Below, piece by piece: positions 18,455 through 28,164 of a stretch of DNA of 56,535 bases. Every line of letters starts with the position of its first letter. Position 1 is the stretch's first letter. This stretch comes from Thioalkalivibrio sp. (GTDB lineage: Bacteria > Pseudomonadota > Gammaproteobacteria > Ectothiorhodospirales > Ectothiorhodospiraceae): NCBI GenBank assembly GCA_007692435.1, contig RECA01000088.1, positions 1 to 56,535 of the forward strand. Direction: 5' to 3'. The translations under genes were made by a program, and so were the position numbers. The notes under the pieces were generated by a model, which made no database searches, was not told the DNA's origin, and was given only the letters and a program-made list of their open reading frames with translations.

Positions 18455-19159
18455 TCAGCCGTCGATGCGCGTGACCCGCGCGATGATGCCAACGGCCGGG
18501 TGGTCCAGGTAGAACAGATCCTCGCCGGAATTCATGCGCTGGCTGCCGCGCACCGGCACCGCCGGAAATGCGTCGGGGTCGATGGTTACGGCCTGTGTCG
18601 CGTGGAAGATCAGGTCGGTCTCGAGATGCAGGAACCGGCCGACCCAGACCCGCAGCCGACCCTCGAGTTCGTAGCGTTCGTCCGTGGTGCTCAGGGGGCG
18701 CAGACCGGGCGCATTGGCCGGCGTCCCGCCGTTTTCGCCTGCCTCTTCTCCCGGGCTCCTGAATCCGAGGTAGCGCCCCTCCTGCACCCGGATCCACGGC
18801 GCGGACTGGTAGCCCCGGCCCAGCTGGTCCCAGGCGAGGCGGCTCAGCACGCGGCCCTGTCCCGAACGTTCGATGCGTGTCGCGACGTTGTCGAGTTCGA
18901 AGCCGTCGACCGAGGGGCGGATCGGGCCCTCGCCAACACCGAACCCGGACAGATCTGGAGACAGCGGCCGGGCAACGGCGTCCATGAAGGCCCGGCTCTC
19001 CGGCCCCAGCTGCTCGAAGACCACGAGTTCGATCCTGTAGCGGCGGCCCGCCTGGGTCGCAGCCGGGCCGGGCAGCAGCGCCAGCAGCGGAAGTGCGGCG
19101 ACGCGGGACAGAAAGCGCCGGCGGGATCCTGGATTCGTGGTCATCGTGTCCGTCCTCAT
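18455..19159 (-). CDS. CsiV-family periplasmic (peptidoglycan-binding) protein
   Basis: YRIELVVF, AWDQ, LEGRLRVWVGRFLHLETDL and QRMNSGEDLFYLDHP. Lies downstream of mfd as in other gammaproteobacteria. Alternative start at 19144. Confidence 0.8.
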   Translation of the reverse strand: MRTDTMTTNPGSRRRFLSRVAALPLLALLPGPAATQAGRRYRIELVVFEQLGPESRAFMDAVARPLSPDLSGFGVGEGPIRPSVDGFELDNVATRIERSGQGRVLSRLAWDQLGRGYQSAPWIRVQEGRYLGFRSPGEEAGENGGTPANAPGLRPLSTTDERYELEGRLRVWVGRFLHLETDLIFHATQAVTIDPDAFPAVPVRGSQRMNSGEDLFYLDHPAVGIIARVTRIDG

Positions 19160-22100
19160 GCGGCCTTGCGCTCGGGGGCGATCTGGTTCAGAAGGCGTTC
19201 CACCGCCGATACGCGGGCCTCCAGGGTCTCGATGTCGGCGTGAAAGCGGAAGGCCTTCTCGCCGTCGAGCCGGTAACTCCTGGGATCCGACTGTACCAGC
19301 CGCACCATTGCACCGATATCGATTCGGGGTTGCTGGCCGAACAGGAGGCGTCCGCCGCCGGGTCCCAGTTCCAGCTTGCGGATGCCGAGCGGCAGCAGCC
19401 GCAGTCGCAGCCGGGTCGCTGCCATCAGTGCGCGGGCGGGTTCCGGCAGCAGGCCGAAGCGATCGATCAGCTCGACCTCGAGATCGCGCAGGGCGGCGGT
19501 GTCAGGCGCACTTGCCAGGCGCTTGTACAGGATCAGCCGGGTGTGCACGTCGGGGACGTAATCCTCGGGAAGCAGCGCCGGCAGCCCCGGCTCCACCTCC
19601 GTCATGGTGGCGGTCGTGTCCGCCTCCGGCATGTGCCCGGAGCGCAGGGCGTTCACGGCCCGGTTCAGCAGGTCGTTGTACAGGGTGAAGCCCACTTCCT
19701 GGATCTGGCCGCTCTGTTCCGCGCCCAGGAGTTCGCCGGCGCCCCGGATCTCCAGGTCGTGGCTTGCCAGCGTGAAGCCGACGCCGAGGTCCTCCAGCTC
19801 GGAGATCGCCTCGAGCCGCTTGCGGGCATCGGCGGTCATCGCCTTCGGTGGCGGCGTCAGCAGGTAGGCGTAGGCCCGGTGGTGGGAGCGTCCGACGCGC
19901 CCGCGCAGCTGGTGCATCTGCGCCAGCCCCAGCCGGTCCGCGCGGTTCATGATGATGGTGTTCGCGGTCGGCACGTCGATCCCCGTCTCGATGATGGTCG
20001 TGCAGACGAGGATGTTGAAGCGCCGGTGGTAGAAATCCAGCATCACCTGCTCGAGATCACGCTCGCGCATCTGGCCGTGCGCGATGCCGACGCGGGCGCC
20101 GGGCAGCAGCTCCTGCACCCGGTTCGCGGTGCGGGCGATGGTCTCGACCTCGTTGTGCAGGAAGTAGACCTGGCCCCCGCGGCGCATCTCGCGCAGGCAG
20201 GCCTCCTGGATCACCGCGTCGTTCCATTCGCTGACAAAGGTCTTGATCGCGAGCCGCTCGCGTGGCGGCGTGGCGATGATCGACAGGTCGCGCAGACCGG
20301 CCAGCGCCATGTTCAGCGTGCGCGGGATCGGTGTGGCCGTCAGGGTCAGCATGTCGACCTCGGCGCGCAGCCGCTTCAGCGCCTCCTTGTGGCGAACGCC
20401 AAAGCGCTGTTCCTCGTCCACGATCACCAGCCCGAGGTTGCTGAACTCCAGTCCGCTCTGGAGCAGTTTATGGGTGCCGATCACGATGTCGATCCTGCCT
20501 TCCGCGAGGCCCTGGAGCACGGCTGTCTGGTCGCGGGCACTGCGGAAGCGTGACAGGGACTCGACCCGCACCGGCCAGTCGGCGAAGCGGTCGCTGAAAT
20601 TCTGGTGGTGCTGCTGGGCCAGCAGCGTGGTCGGCACCAGCAGCACCACCTGCCGGTGGTTCTGTACCGCGACGAAGGCCGCGCGCATCGCGACCTCGGT
20701 CTTGCCGAAGCCGACGTCCCCGCAGACCACCCGGTCCATCGGCTGGGTGGCCGCCATGTCCGCGAGCACGGCCTCGATCGCCTGCGCCTGGTCCGCCGTC
20801 TCCTCGAAGGGGAATGCGGCGGCAAAGGCGTGGTAGTCGGGTGTCTCGACCTCGAAGGAGGTTCCCTCGCGGGCAGCCCGGCGCGCGTGGATCTCCAGCA
20901 GTTCGGCGGCGACGTCGCGCGCCTTCTCCGCCGCCTTGCGCCGCGCCCGCGCCCACTGTTCGCTGCCGAGTCGGTGCAGCGGGGCGTGGTCACTGTCGGC
21001 CCCGGTGTAGCGGCTGATCAGGTGCAGGGAGGAGACGGGGACGTAGAGCTTCGCGCTGTCCGCGTATTCCAGCGCCAGGAACTCTCCCGGCTGGCCGCCG
21101 ATGTTCAGGGTCTGCAGCCCGAGATAGCGCCCGATGCCGTTCTCTTCGTGCACCACCGGCGCGCCGATGTGGAGGTCGCCGAGATTCTGAATGATCGCAT
21201 CCGCATCGCGGGTGGGACGCCCGCGGCGCCGCGACTGCATCGCGCGCAGTCCGAACAGCGCCGCCTCGGGCACCACCGCGATCTCCCCCGGCAGCTGGAA
21301 GCCCTCGGACAGCGCTGCGACGGTCAGCATGGTCGGCGCATCCTCGGCCAGGAATGCCGCCCAGTCGGTCACCGGATCGGCGTGGATCCCGTGTTCGCGC
21401 AGGAGGGTCGTCAGCGCCTCGCGTCTTCCGGCGGACTCCCCGGTCAGGAGGACGCGTTGCGGGCCCGCGAGGAAGGTCCGGAGGCGTTCCGCAGACTCGG
21501 GACGGCCGTGCTGGATGCCGAGCTCAGGCAGTGGCTCCCGGCGGAACGGCACCTGCTTGCCGCGTTCCGCCGGCAGGGGCGCGGGATTTGGGCCGAGCGC
21601 GATGCCGGACAGGTGGCCGAGGCGCTCCGTGAGCGGCCCGGTGTCCAGATAGAGGTCGTCGGGCGGCAGCAGCGGACGCTCGACCTGGTGGCGCAACTGT
21701 TCGTGTCGGGACGCGACCTCCGCGGCAAAGCGGGAGGCGGCACCCTCGATGTCGCCGAACTGGACCACGCGGGCATCGGTGCAGTAGTCAAACAGGGTGT
21801 CGAGCTGGTCGAAGAAGAGCGGCAGGTAGGACTCGACGCCGGCCGGCGCCAGTCCCTCGCTGACATCACGGTAGACCGTGTGGCGCGACGGGTCGCCGGC
21901 GAAGCGCGCCCGGTAACGGCCGCGAAAGGCCTTCACCGACTCGGGGTTCAGCGGGAATTCGTGGCCCGGAAGGATCTCCAGTGCCTCCACGCGCCCGGTC
22001 GAACGCTGCGATTCGGGATCGAAGTGACGCAGGGAATCGACCTCGTCGTCGAGGAACTCCACCCGCACCGGGATCTCCGCCCCCATCGGGAAGATGTCGA

Positions 22101-22638
22101 GAATCTCGCCGCGCATCGCGAACTCGCCGTGGGTGAGCACCTGCTGTACCGGCGAATAGCCGGCGTCGGCGAGGGCCTCGCGCAGTTGCATCCGGTCCAG
22201 GCGCTGCCCCACCTTCAGCACCAGGCAATTGCCCAGCAGCCACTGACGCGGCGGCAGGCGCTGCATCATCGTGGCGACCGGCACGATCACGAGCCCGCGC
22301 TTGAGGGCCGGCAGCCGGTACAGGGTGCGCAGGCGCTCGGACACGATGTCCTCGTGTGGCGAGAACACGTCGAAGGGCAGGGTCTCCCAGTCGGGCAGGC
22401 GCAGCACCGGCAGGTCGCTGTCGGCGGCGAAGAAGGCCCACTCCGCGGCCCACTGGTCCGCGGCCTCATTGCTCTCCGTCACCACCAGCAACGGGTGCTC
22501 GAACTGACGCGCCGCCCGTGCCAGGGCGAGCACCGCGGCGGTGAAGCCGAGGTCAGTCCAGGTCTCGAACCCGGAGGAGGGGAGGCGCCCGGGGTTCAGC
22601 GGGTCTCGGGCGGCGTCGGGCATGTCGGGTTCGCGCAT
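19156..22638 (-). CDS. mfd: Transcription-repair coupling factor
   Basis: LPDWETLPFDVFSPH, CarD-like RID, GDVGFGKTEVA, DEEQRFG, QLRGRVGR, DLEIRGAG. Start at 22638 or 22623. Confidence 0.98.
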   Translation of the reverse strand: MREPDMPDAARDPLNPGRLPSSGFETWTDLGFTAAVLALARAARQFEHPLLVVTESNEAADQWAAEWAFFAADSDLPVLRLPDWETLPFDVFSPHEDIVSERLRTLYRLPALKRGLVIVPVATMMQRLPPRQWLLGNCLVLKVGQRLDRMQLREALADAGYSPVQQVLTHGEFAMRGEILDIFPMGAEIPVRVEFLDDEVDSLRHFDPESQRSTGRVEALEILPGHEFPLNPESVKAFRGRYRARFAGDPSRHTVYRDVSEGLAPAGVESYLPLFFDQLDTLFDYCTDARVVQFGDIEGAASRFAAEVASRHEQLRHQVERPLLPPDDLYLDTGPLTERLGHLSGIALGPNPAPLPAERGKQVPFRREPLPELGIQHGRPESAERLRTFLAGPQRVLLTGESAGRREALTTLLREHGIHADPVTDWAAFLAEDAPTMLTVAALSEGFQLPGEIAVVPEAALFGLRAMQSRRRGRPTRDADAIIQNLGDLHIGAPVVHEENGIGRYLGLQTLNIGGQPGEFLALEYADSAKLYVPVSSLHLISRYTGADSDHAPLHRLGSEQWARARRKAAEKARDVAAELLEIHARRAAREGTSFEVETPDYHAFAAAFPFEETADQAQAIEAVLADMAATQPMDRVVCGDVGFGKTEVAMRAAFVAVQNHRQVVLLVPTTLLAQQHHQNFSDRFADWPVRVESLSRFRSARDQTAVLQGLAEGRIDIVIGTHKLLQSGLEFSNLGLVIVDEEQRFGVRHKEALKRLRAEVDMLTLTATPIPRTLNMALAGLRDLSIIATPPRERLAIKTFVSEWNDAVIQEACLREMRRGGQVYFLHNEVETIARTANRVQELLPGARVGIAHGQMRERDLEQVMLDFYHRRFNILVCTTIIETGIDVPTANTIIMNRADRLGLAQMHQLRGRVGRSHHRAYAYLLTPPPKAMTADARKRLEAISELEDLGVGFTLASHDLEIRGAGELLGAEQSGQIQEVGFTLYNDLLNRAVNALRSGHMPEADTTATMTEVEPGLPALLPEDYVPDVHTRLILYKRLASAPDTAALRDLEVELIDRFGLLPEPARALMAATRLRLRLLPLGIRKLELGPGGGRLLFGQQPRIDIGAMVRLVQSDPRSYRLDGEKAFRFHADIETLEARVSAVERLLNQIAPERKAA

Positions 22639-22732
22639 GGGTGTTGGCGCGCCAGTATAACGACCTGGCGCAGAAAGGCCGAACGCCCCGCCGTCCGGCA
22701 CCGAATGCCGGCGGGGGGACCCGGCCCCTGCC

Positions 22733-22942
22733 TCAGGTCTTCGAGGCGGTGCCGCAGGAGTTCATCCCGAGCAGGCTGTAGCCGGGGCACCAGCGAAACA
22801 GGCCGGTGGCGAGCGGTACGAGGCCGACCAGGCCCCACAGGGTCTGGGGCCCGATGAAGACCAGCGACAGCAGGACGAGTCCGACGAAGATGCGCAGGAC
22901 GCGGTCGAAGGTGCCGACGTTCACGGTGGGGGCGAGGTTCAT
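22733..22942 (-). CDS. DUF2892 / YgaP-like small membrane protein
   Basis: NVGTFDRVLRI...GLVPLATGLFRWCPGYSLLG; AGGAGA RBS before the ATG at 22942. Confidence 0.88.
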   Translation of the reverse strand: MNLAPTVNVGTFDRVLRIFVGLVLLSLVFIGPQTLWGLVGLVPLATGLFRWCPGYSLLGMNSCGTASKT

Positions 22943-23009
22943 GGCGGGTGTCTCCTTTCTAGGCTTGGGGGTCGCTTCGATCGCTTGGAACCCCGAACCC
23001 CGGCCGGGT

Positions 23010-23885
23010 TCAGTCGATGTAGCGGCGCAGCAGCCCCTCGTAGGCGTCGATGCGGCGGTCGCGCAGGAAGGGCCACTGCCGGCGCACCTGCTCGGTGCGC
23101 GACGGATCGATCTCGGCGCGCAGGATCTCGGCGGCCTCGCGGCCGGCCTCGGCCAGCAGCTCGCCCTGCGGGCCCGCGACGAAGCTCGAGCCCCAGAATT
23201 CGGCACCGGCCGAGGCGCCGGAGGGGTCCGGTTCGAAGCCGGTCCGGTTGCAGGCGAGCACCGGCAGGTTGTTTGCCACCGCGTGCCCGCGCTGGACGGT
23301 GATCCAGGCCTCCCGCTGGCGTTGCTGCTCCTCCTGCGTGTCGCCCGGATCCCAGCCGATCGCGGTCGGGTAGATCAGCACCTCTGCGCCCGCGAGGGCC
23401 ATCAGACGGGCCGCCTCGGGGTACCACTGGTCCCAGCAGACCAGCACCCCGAGCCGCCCCAGCGAGGTGTCCACCGGCCTGAAACCGGTGTCGCCGGGGG
23501 TGAAGTAGTACTTCTCGTAGTAGCCCGGATCGTCCGGGATGTGCATCTTGCGGTAACGGCCGGCGATGCCGCCGTCGCGTTCGAAGACCACGGCCGTGTT
23601 GTGATACAGCCCCGGCGCGCGGCGCTCGAAGAGGGATCCGACCAGCACCACGCGGTGCTCGCGGGCCATCGCCGCGAGCGCGTCGGTGGAGGGCCCGGGG
23701 ATCGGTTCGGCGCGGTCGAATTCGGCGGGGGCCTCCACCTGGCAGAAGTAGGGGCCGGTGTGGAGTTCGGCCAGCACCACGAGCTGCGCACCGCCCCGGG
23801 CGGCCTCCGCCACGGCGGCGGCGGTCTCCGCGAGGCTGGTCGCGCGGTCGGCGCTGCTGCGATGCTGTATCAGTGCGGCTTGCAT
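23010..23885 (-). CDS. aguB: Carbon-nitrogen hydrolase, probable N-carbamoylputrescine amidase
   Basis: Nitrilase E-K-C triad (AELH, YRKMHIPDDP, VCWDQWYPE); adjacent to agmatine deiminase. Confidence 0.88.
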   Translation of the reverse strand: MQAALIQHRSSADRATSLAETAAAVAEAARGGAQLVVLAELHTGPYFCQVEAPAEFDRAEPIPGPSTDALAAMAREHRVVLVGSLFERRAPGLYHNTAVVFERDGGIAGRYRKMHIPDDPGYYEKYYFTPGDTGFRPVDTSLGRLGVLVCWDQWYPEAARLMALAGAEVLIYPTAIGWDPGDTQEEQQRQREAWITVQRGHAVANNLPVLACNRTGFEPDPSGASAGAEFWGSSFVAGPQGELLAEAGREAAEILRAEIDPSRTEQVRRQWPFLRDRRIDAYEGLLRRYID

Positions 23886-23946
23886 GAGCGGTGGACCGTC
23901 TTGGAAGGGTTTGTTGGTGGCCGTGCGCGGCGTTTGGCGATGATCC

Positions 23947-24999
23947 TCACGGCGCCAGCACGCCACGCGGGAATTGCATGGTCAGGCAGTGAAGACTGCC
24001 GCCCTGGCGGATCAGTTCACGGCAGTCGATCCCGGTTACGGTGCGGCCGGGGAAGGCGGCACCGAGCCGCTCGAGTGCCACCGCGTCGGCCGGGTCCCCG
24101 TAGACCGGCACCAGCACGGCGTCGTTGATCACCAGAAAGTTCGCGTAGGTGGCGGGCAGCCGCTGTCCGTCCGCGAAGATCGCGGCCGGGAGTGGCAGCG
24201 GCACCAGCGCGTAGGGCTCGCCCTGCGCGGTCTGCAGCCTCCCGAGTTCCTCCACCATCAGTGCGAGTTCCGCATAGTGCGGGTCGCCCGGATCCTCGCA
24301 GGTGACGTGGGCAATGGTCGCCGGGTCGCAGAAGCGGGCCAGGGTGTCGATGTGGCTGTCGGTGTCGTCGCCCTCGAGGTGGCCGTGTTCCAGCCAGAGC
24401 ACCCGCCGGGCCCCGAGATCGCTATGCAGGTGCTGTTCGATCGTCGCTCGGGACAGGCCGGGGTTGCGCGTGGGTGTCAGCAGGCAGCGGCTGGTGGTCA
24501 GCAGCGTGCCGGCGCCATCGGACTCGATGCTGCCGCCCTCGAGTACCATGTCGACCGGCTCCAGGGGGACGCGGCCGAAGTGACCCTGTGTGGCCAGCTG
24601 CCGTGTCAGGCGGTTGTCCTGATCCGAGGGAAACTTGCCGCCCCAGCCGTTGAAGACGAAGTCGAGCAACAGCGGCTGGCCGTCCCGGATCACGGTGATC
24701 GGCCCATGGTCGCGCGCCCAGGTGTCGTCAGCGGGCGCGGTGCCGATCCGCACACGCTCCATCGCGGCGCCCGACCGGGCCAGCTGATCCAGCACGTGGC
24801 TGCGGTGATCGGGGCCCTGGCAGACCACCAGCAGGCACTCGTGCCGGGTGATCGCGGCGCCGATCCCGGCGAACACCGGCTCCACTGTGTCGAGGCGCGG
24901 GCCCCAGTCGGTTCCGGTATGGGGCCAGGTGATCTGAACCCCGCTCTGCGGCTCCCACTCCGCCGGCAGGCGGCGTGCTGCAGAGGGCGCCGGGCTCAC
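23947..24999 (-). CDS. aguA: Agmatine deiminase family protein
   Basis: PAEWEPQ, DTWARDHGP, LEGGSI, DTDSHID, GGSLHC. Confidence 0.92.
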   Translation of the reverse strand: MSPAPSAARRLPAEWEPQSGVQITWPHTGTDWGPRLDTVEPVFAGIGAAITRHECLLVVCQGPDHRSHVLDQLARSGAAMERVRIGTAPADDTWARDHGPITVIRDGQPLLLDFVFNGWGGKFPSDQDNRLTRQLATQGHFGRVPLEPVDMVLEGGSIESDGAGTLLTTSRCLLTPTRNPGLSRATIEQHLHSDLGARRVLWLEHGHLEGDDTDSHIDTLARFCDPATIAHVTCEDPGDPHYAELALMVEELGRLQTAQGEPYALVPLPLPAAIFADGQRLPATYANFLVINDAVLVPVYGDPADAVALERLGAAFPGRTVTGIDCRELIRQGGSLHCLTMQFPRGVLAP

Positions 25000-25322
25000 C
25001 GCTGCTGCGGTGTGTGCGGACCGTGTACGACGCTGTGGAGCACCAGGGGCCCTTCGAACACGACCGAGAAGCCGTCGTAATCCCAGCGTGTGATCGGCGG
25101 GTGCAGCGGCCGGTTGCCGCCGACGGTCGAATGCCGCTGCACGGGCGGCCCGTGGCGCGCAACCACGTGACTCTGGTGCTGGCCGCGCACCGGCAGGCTG
25201 GGTTCCTGGATCACCGAGTAGACACCGGGTTCGATCCTCAGGATCTCGGCATGGGCGGGTGCCGCCACCAGCAGGGCCAGCGAAGCAGCCAACATCCAGC
25301 GTGCCAGGGTTCTCCGGGGCAT
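24996..25322 (-). CDS. Small exported protein of unknown function
   Basis: Sec signal ending AHA|E; LPVRG...VVARHGPP...PPITRWDY..FSVVFE; AGGAG RBS; stop overlaps the aguA GTG. Confidence 0.75.
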   Translation of the reverse strand: MPRRTLARWMLAASLALLVAAPAHAEILRIEPGVYSVIQEPSLPVRGQHQSHVVARHGPPVQRHSTVGGNRPLHPPITRWDYDGFSVVFEGPLVLHSVVHGPHTPQQR

Positions 25323-25460
25323 GCGCACTCTCCTCGTCAATGGGCTCGTGGAATCATAGCATTGGCCGCATCTCAATAGGATAGCAGCGCAGGGCAGGCC
25401 GTTACCGCGCAGGCGGTGGCGGTCCGTGCGCCCCGGCGGCCCCTCTGGCATGATTCCCGC

Positions 25461-26711
25461 ATGTTCAAACCCCTGACCATTGCCATCGGCCTGCGCTACA
25501 CGCGGGCCAAGCGGCGCAATCACTTCATCTCCTTCATCTCGGTCGTGTCGATGATCGGGCTGGTGCTCGGCGTCACCGCGCTGATCACCGTGCTCTCCGT
25601 GATGAACGGCTTCGAGCGCGAGCTGCGCGAGCGCATCCTGGGCATGGCATCGCACGCGACCATTCAGGCCCACGATGGCTCCCTGCGCGACTGGGCAGCC
25701 CTGTCCCGCCAGGTGGAAGCGGCCGATCCGCGCGTCGAGGCGGTCGCGCCCTACGTCGCCGGCGAGGCGATGTTCAGTGCCTTCGGCAACATCTCCGGAG
25801 CGCTGGTGCGCGGCATCGACCCGGAGGCGGAGCGGCGGGTCGGGCGGATCGGGGAGCACATCGTCCGCGGCGATCTCGACGCGCTCGAAGCGGGCGCATT
25901 CCGGGTGGTGCTGGGCAGCGAGCTCGCCCTGGAGCTGGGAGTCCGGGTCGGCGATACGGTGGTGCTGATGGCGCCCCAGGCCGCGGTGACGCCGGCCGGC
26001 GTGCTGCCCCGCATGCGGCGCTTCGAGGTCGCGGGCGTGTTCGAGGTCGGGATGTACGAGTTCGATCGGGGCACCGCCTTCATCCAGCTGGACGATGCCA
26101 GGGCGGTCTTCCAGACCGGGGAGGGGGTGACCGGGCTTCGGCTGCGGCTGACAGACATGATGCAGGCCGGCGTGGTCAGCCGCGACGTGGCGCGTTCCCT
26201 CGATGGCCTCTTCCGCGTATCCGACTGGACCCGTCAGCACGCGAACCTCTTTCGCGCGATCCAGATGGAGAAGATCGTGATGTTCATCATCCTGTCGCTG
26301 ATCGTTGCGGTCGCGGCCTTCAACATCGTGTCGACACTGGTGATGCTGGTCACGGACAAGCAGTCCGACATCGCGATCCTGCGGACCCTCGGGCTGAAGC
26401 CCTCGGGCGTGATGCTGGTCTTCATCGTCCAGGGCGTGGTGATCGGGACCGTCGGGGTACTCCTGGGGGTGGTCGGAGGCGTCAGCCTGGCGTTGAACAT
26501 CGATGTGGTGGTGCCCTTCATCGAGCGCTTGATAGGCACGGAATTCCTGGCGGCGGATGTTTATTATATCAGCGAGTTACCAAGCGAGCTTCGAGTAGAG
26601 GATGTCGTCCGTATCAGCGGGCTCGCGTTCGGGTTGACGCTGCTCGCGACCCTGTTTCCGGCCTGGCGGGCGTCGCGGACCCGCCCCGCCGAGGCCCTGC
26701 GCCATGAGTGA
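25461..26711 (+). CDS. Lipoprotein-releasing ABC transporter permease (LolC/E family, single copy)
   Basis: FISFIS...[42 protein letters not shown]. Confidence 0.95.
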   Translation: MFKPLTIAIGLRYTRAKRRNHFISFISVVSMIGLVLGVTALITVLSVMNGFERELRERILGMASHATIQAHDGSLRDWAALSRQVEAADPRVEAVAPYVAGEAMFSAFGNISGALVRGIDPEAERRVGRIGEHIVRGDLDALEAGAFRVVLGSELALELGVRVGDTVVLMAPQAAVTPAGVLPRMRRFEVAGVFEVGMYEFDRGTAFIQLDDARAVFQTGEGVTGLRLRLTDMMQAGVVSRDVARSLDGLFRVSDWTRQHANLFRAIQMEKIVMFIILSLIVAVAAFNIVSTLVMLVTDKQSDIAILRTLGLKPSGVMLVFIVQGVVIGTVGVLLGVVGGVSLALNIDVVVPFIERLIGTEFLAADVYYISELPSELRVEDVVRISGLAFGLTLLATLFPAWRASRTRPAEALRHE

Positions 26712-27393
26712 ACGCGAGACCGTACTCGATGCGCGGGGAGTGGAGCGGCGTTTCCGCGAGGGCAGCCTCGACGTCAGTGTCCTCAAGGGCGTGGATCTGC
26801 GCATCGGCCGCGGTGACCAGCTCGCGATCGTCGGTGCGTCGGGATCCGGAAAGAGCACGTTGCTGCAGCTGCTCGGTGGTCTGGATCTGCCGACCGCGGG
26901 GCGGGTCTCGATCCTTGGGCAGGACTGGGCCCGTCTGAGCGATTCACGGCGCGGGGTCATGAGAAACCTGCACATCGGTTTCGTCTACCAGTTTCATCAC
27001 CTGCTGCCGGAATTCACTGCGCTGGAGAATGTCGCGATTCCCCTGATGATCCGCGGGGAGACGACGCGCAAGGCCCGCCTGGAGGCGATCGAGTGGCTGC
27101 GCCGGGTGGATCTGGCGGATCGGCGGGACCACAAGCCATCGGAACTGTCCGGGGGGGAACGCCAGCGGGTGGCGATTGCGCGCGCGATGGTCACCCAGCC
27201 AGCGGTGATCCTTGCGGACGAGCCGACCGGCAACCTGGACCGCGAGCGTGCGCAGCGCGTATTCGGCCTGCTGAAGGCGATGAATGAGGCGAACGGCAGC
27301 GCTCTGGCACTGGTGACGCACGACCCCGAACTCGCCGAGCGGATGGATCGGACCGTTCGTATCGTCGACGGGGTGCTGTCCGAGGCGGAGTGA
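26704..27393 (+). CDS. lolD: Lipoprotein-releasing ABC transporter ATP-binding protein
   Basis: [22 protein letters not shown] LolD motif, LSGGERQ. Confidence 0.96.
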   Translation: MSERETVLDARGVERRFREGSLDVSVLKGVDLRIGRGDQLAIVGASGSGKSTLLQLLGGLDLPTAGRVSILGQDWARLSDSRRGVMRNLHIGFVYQFHHLLPEFTALENVAIPLMIRGETTRKARLEAIEWLRRVDLADRRDHKPSELSGGERQRVAIARAMVTQPAVILADEPTGNLDRERAQRVFGLLKAMNEANGSALALVTHDPELAERMDRTVRIVDGVLSEAE

Positions 27394-27439
27394 CGGTTCC
27401 GCCCCGGCGTCCCGGGCCAGCACGGCTGCAAGGTGGCGA

Positions 27440-28045
27440 CTACCCGCGGTCTTCCGGTCGGTCTTCCGGTCGCCTGTCCCGGGCGTCCGTTTTGGGCCGG
27501 TAGGGATTGTGCTGGCTCTTCATCAGCCGCCGCCGCAGCCGGGCGCGCCTGAGCTTCACGCGCTGGATCACGCTGAACCACCAGAGCAGGCGGATCGTCA
27601 CGTACCCGGCCGCCGAGGCCACAACGGCCAGCACCAGGCTGCCGACCATCACGGGCACCCAGATCGTCAGCAATTCCCCGGTGATCCACTCCAGCGTCAG
27701 CTCCACGCGCAGGGTGCGCCGGGGTTCGTCTAGAATCCAGCGCCCGATCGTGTAGGCTGTATACAGGATCGGAGGAATGGTCAGGGGATTGGATACCCAG
27801 ACCAGCAGGACCGATACCGGCAGGTTGACGCGCACCCAGACCGCGATGATTGCGGCGAGCAGCATCTGCATCGGTATCGGCAGGAAGGCGACAAACAGCC
27901 CCACGGCAAAGGCACCAGCGACGGAGCGCCGGTTCAGATGCCACAGATCAGGCGCGCGCAGGCGCGGACCCAGAATCCCCAGGGCGCGATGTCCCCGGAC
28001 CGACTCGTAGGCCGGGAACCATTTCTTGACGAGATTCTTCGACAT
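27440..28045 (-). CDS. DUF2062 membrane protein
   Basis: LWHLNRRSVAGAFAVGLF..P.PMQM, NLPVSV.LVWVSNPLT; usual lolD/comEC neighbour. Confidence 0.88.
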   Translation of the reverse strand: MSKNLVKKWFPAYESVRGHRALGILGPRLRAPDLWHLNRRSVAGAFAVGLFVAFLPIPMQMLLAAIIAVWVRVNLPVSVLLVWVSNPLTIPPILYTAYTIGRWILDEPRRTLRVELTLEWITGELLTIWVPVMVGSLVLAVVASAAGYVTIRLLWWFSVIQRVKLRRARLRRRLMKSQHNPYRPKTDARDRRPEDRPEDRG

Positions 28046-28164
28046 GGTCGGGCGAATGCGTCTCTGCGCGCGGCGGACCGCGGGCTGTGCAGGCAGGGGC
28101 GATACGGCCCCGATGCGTGTGCGGCCTGCCGGCATGATATGGCCGAACGGGCGGGCAGGGAACC

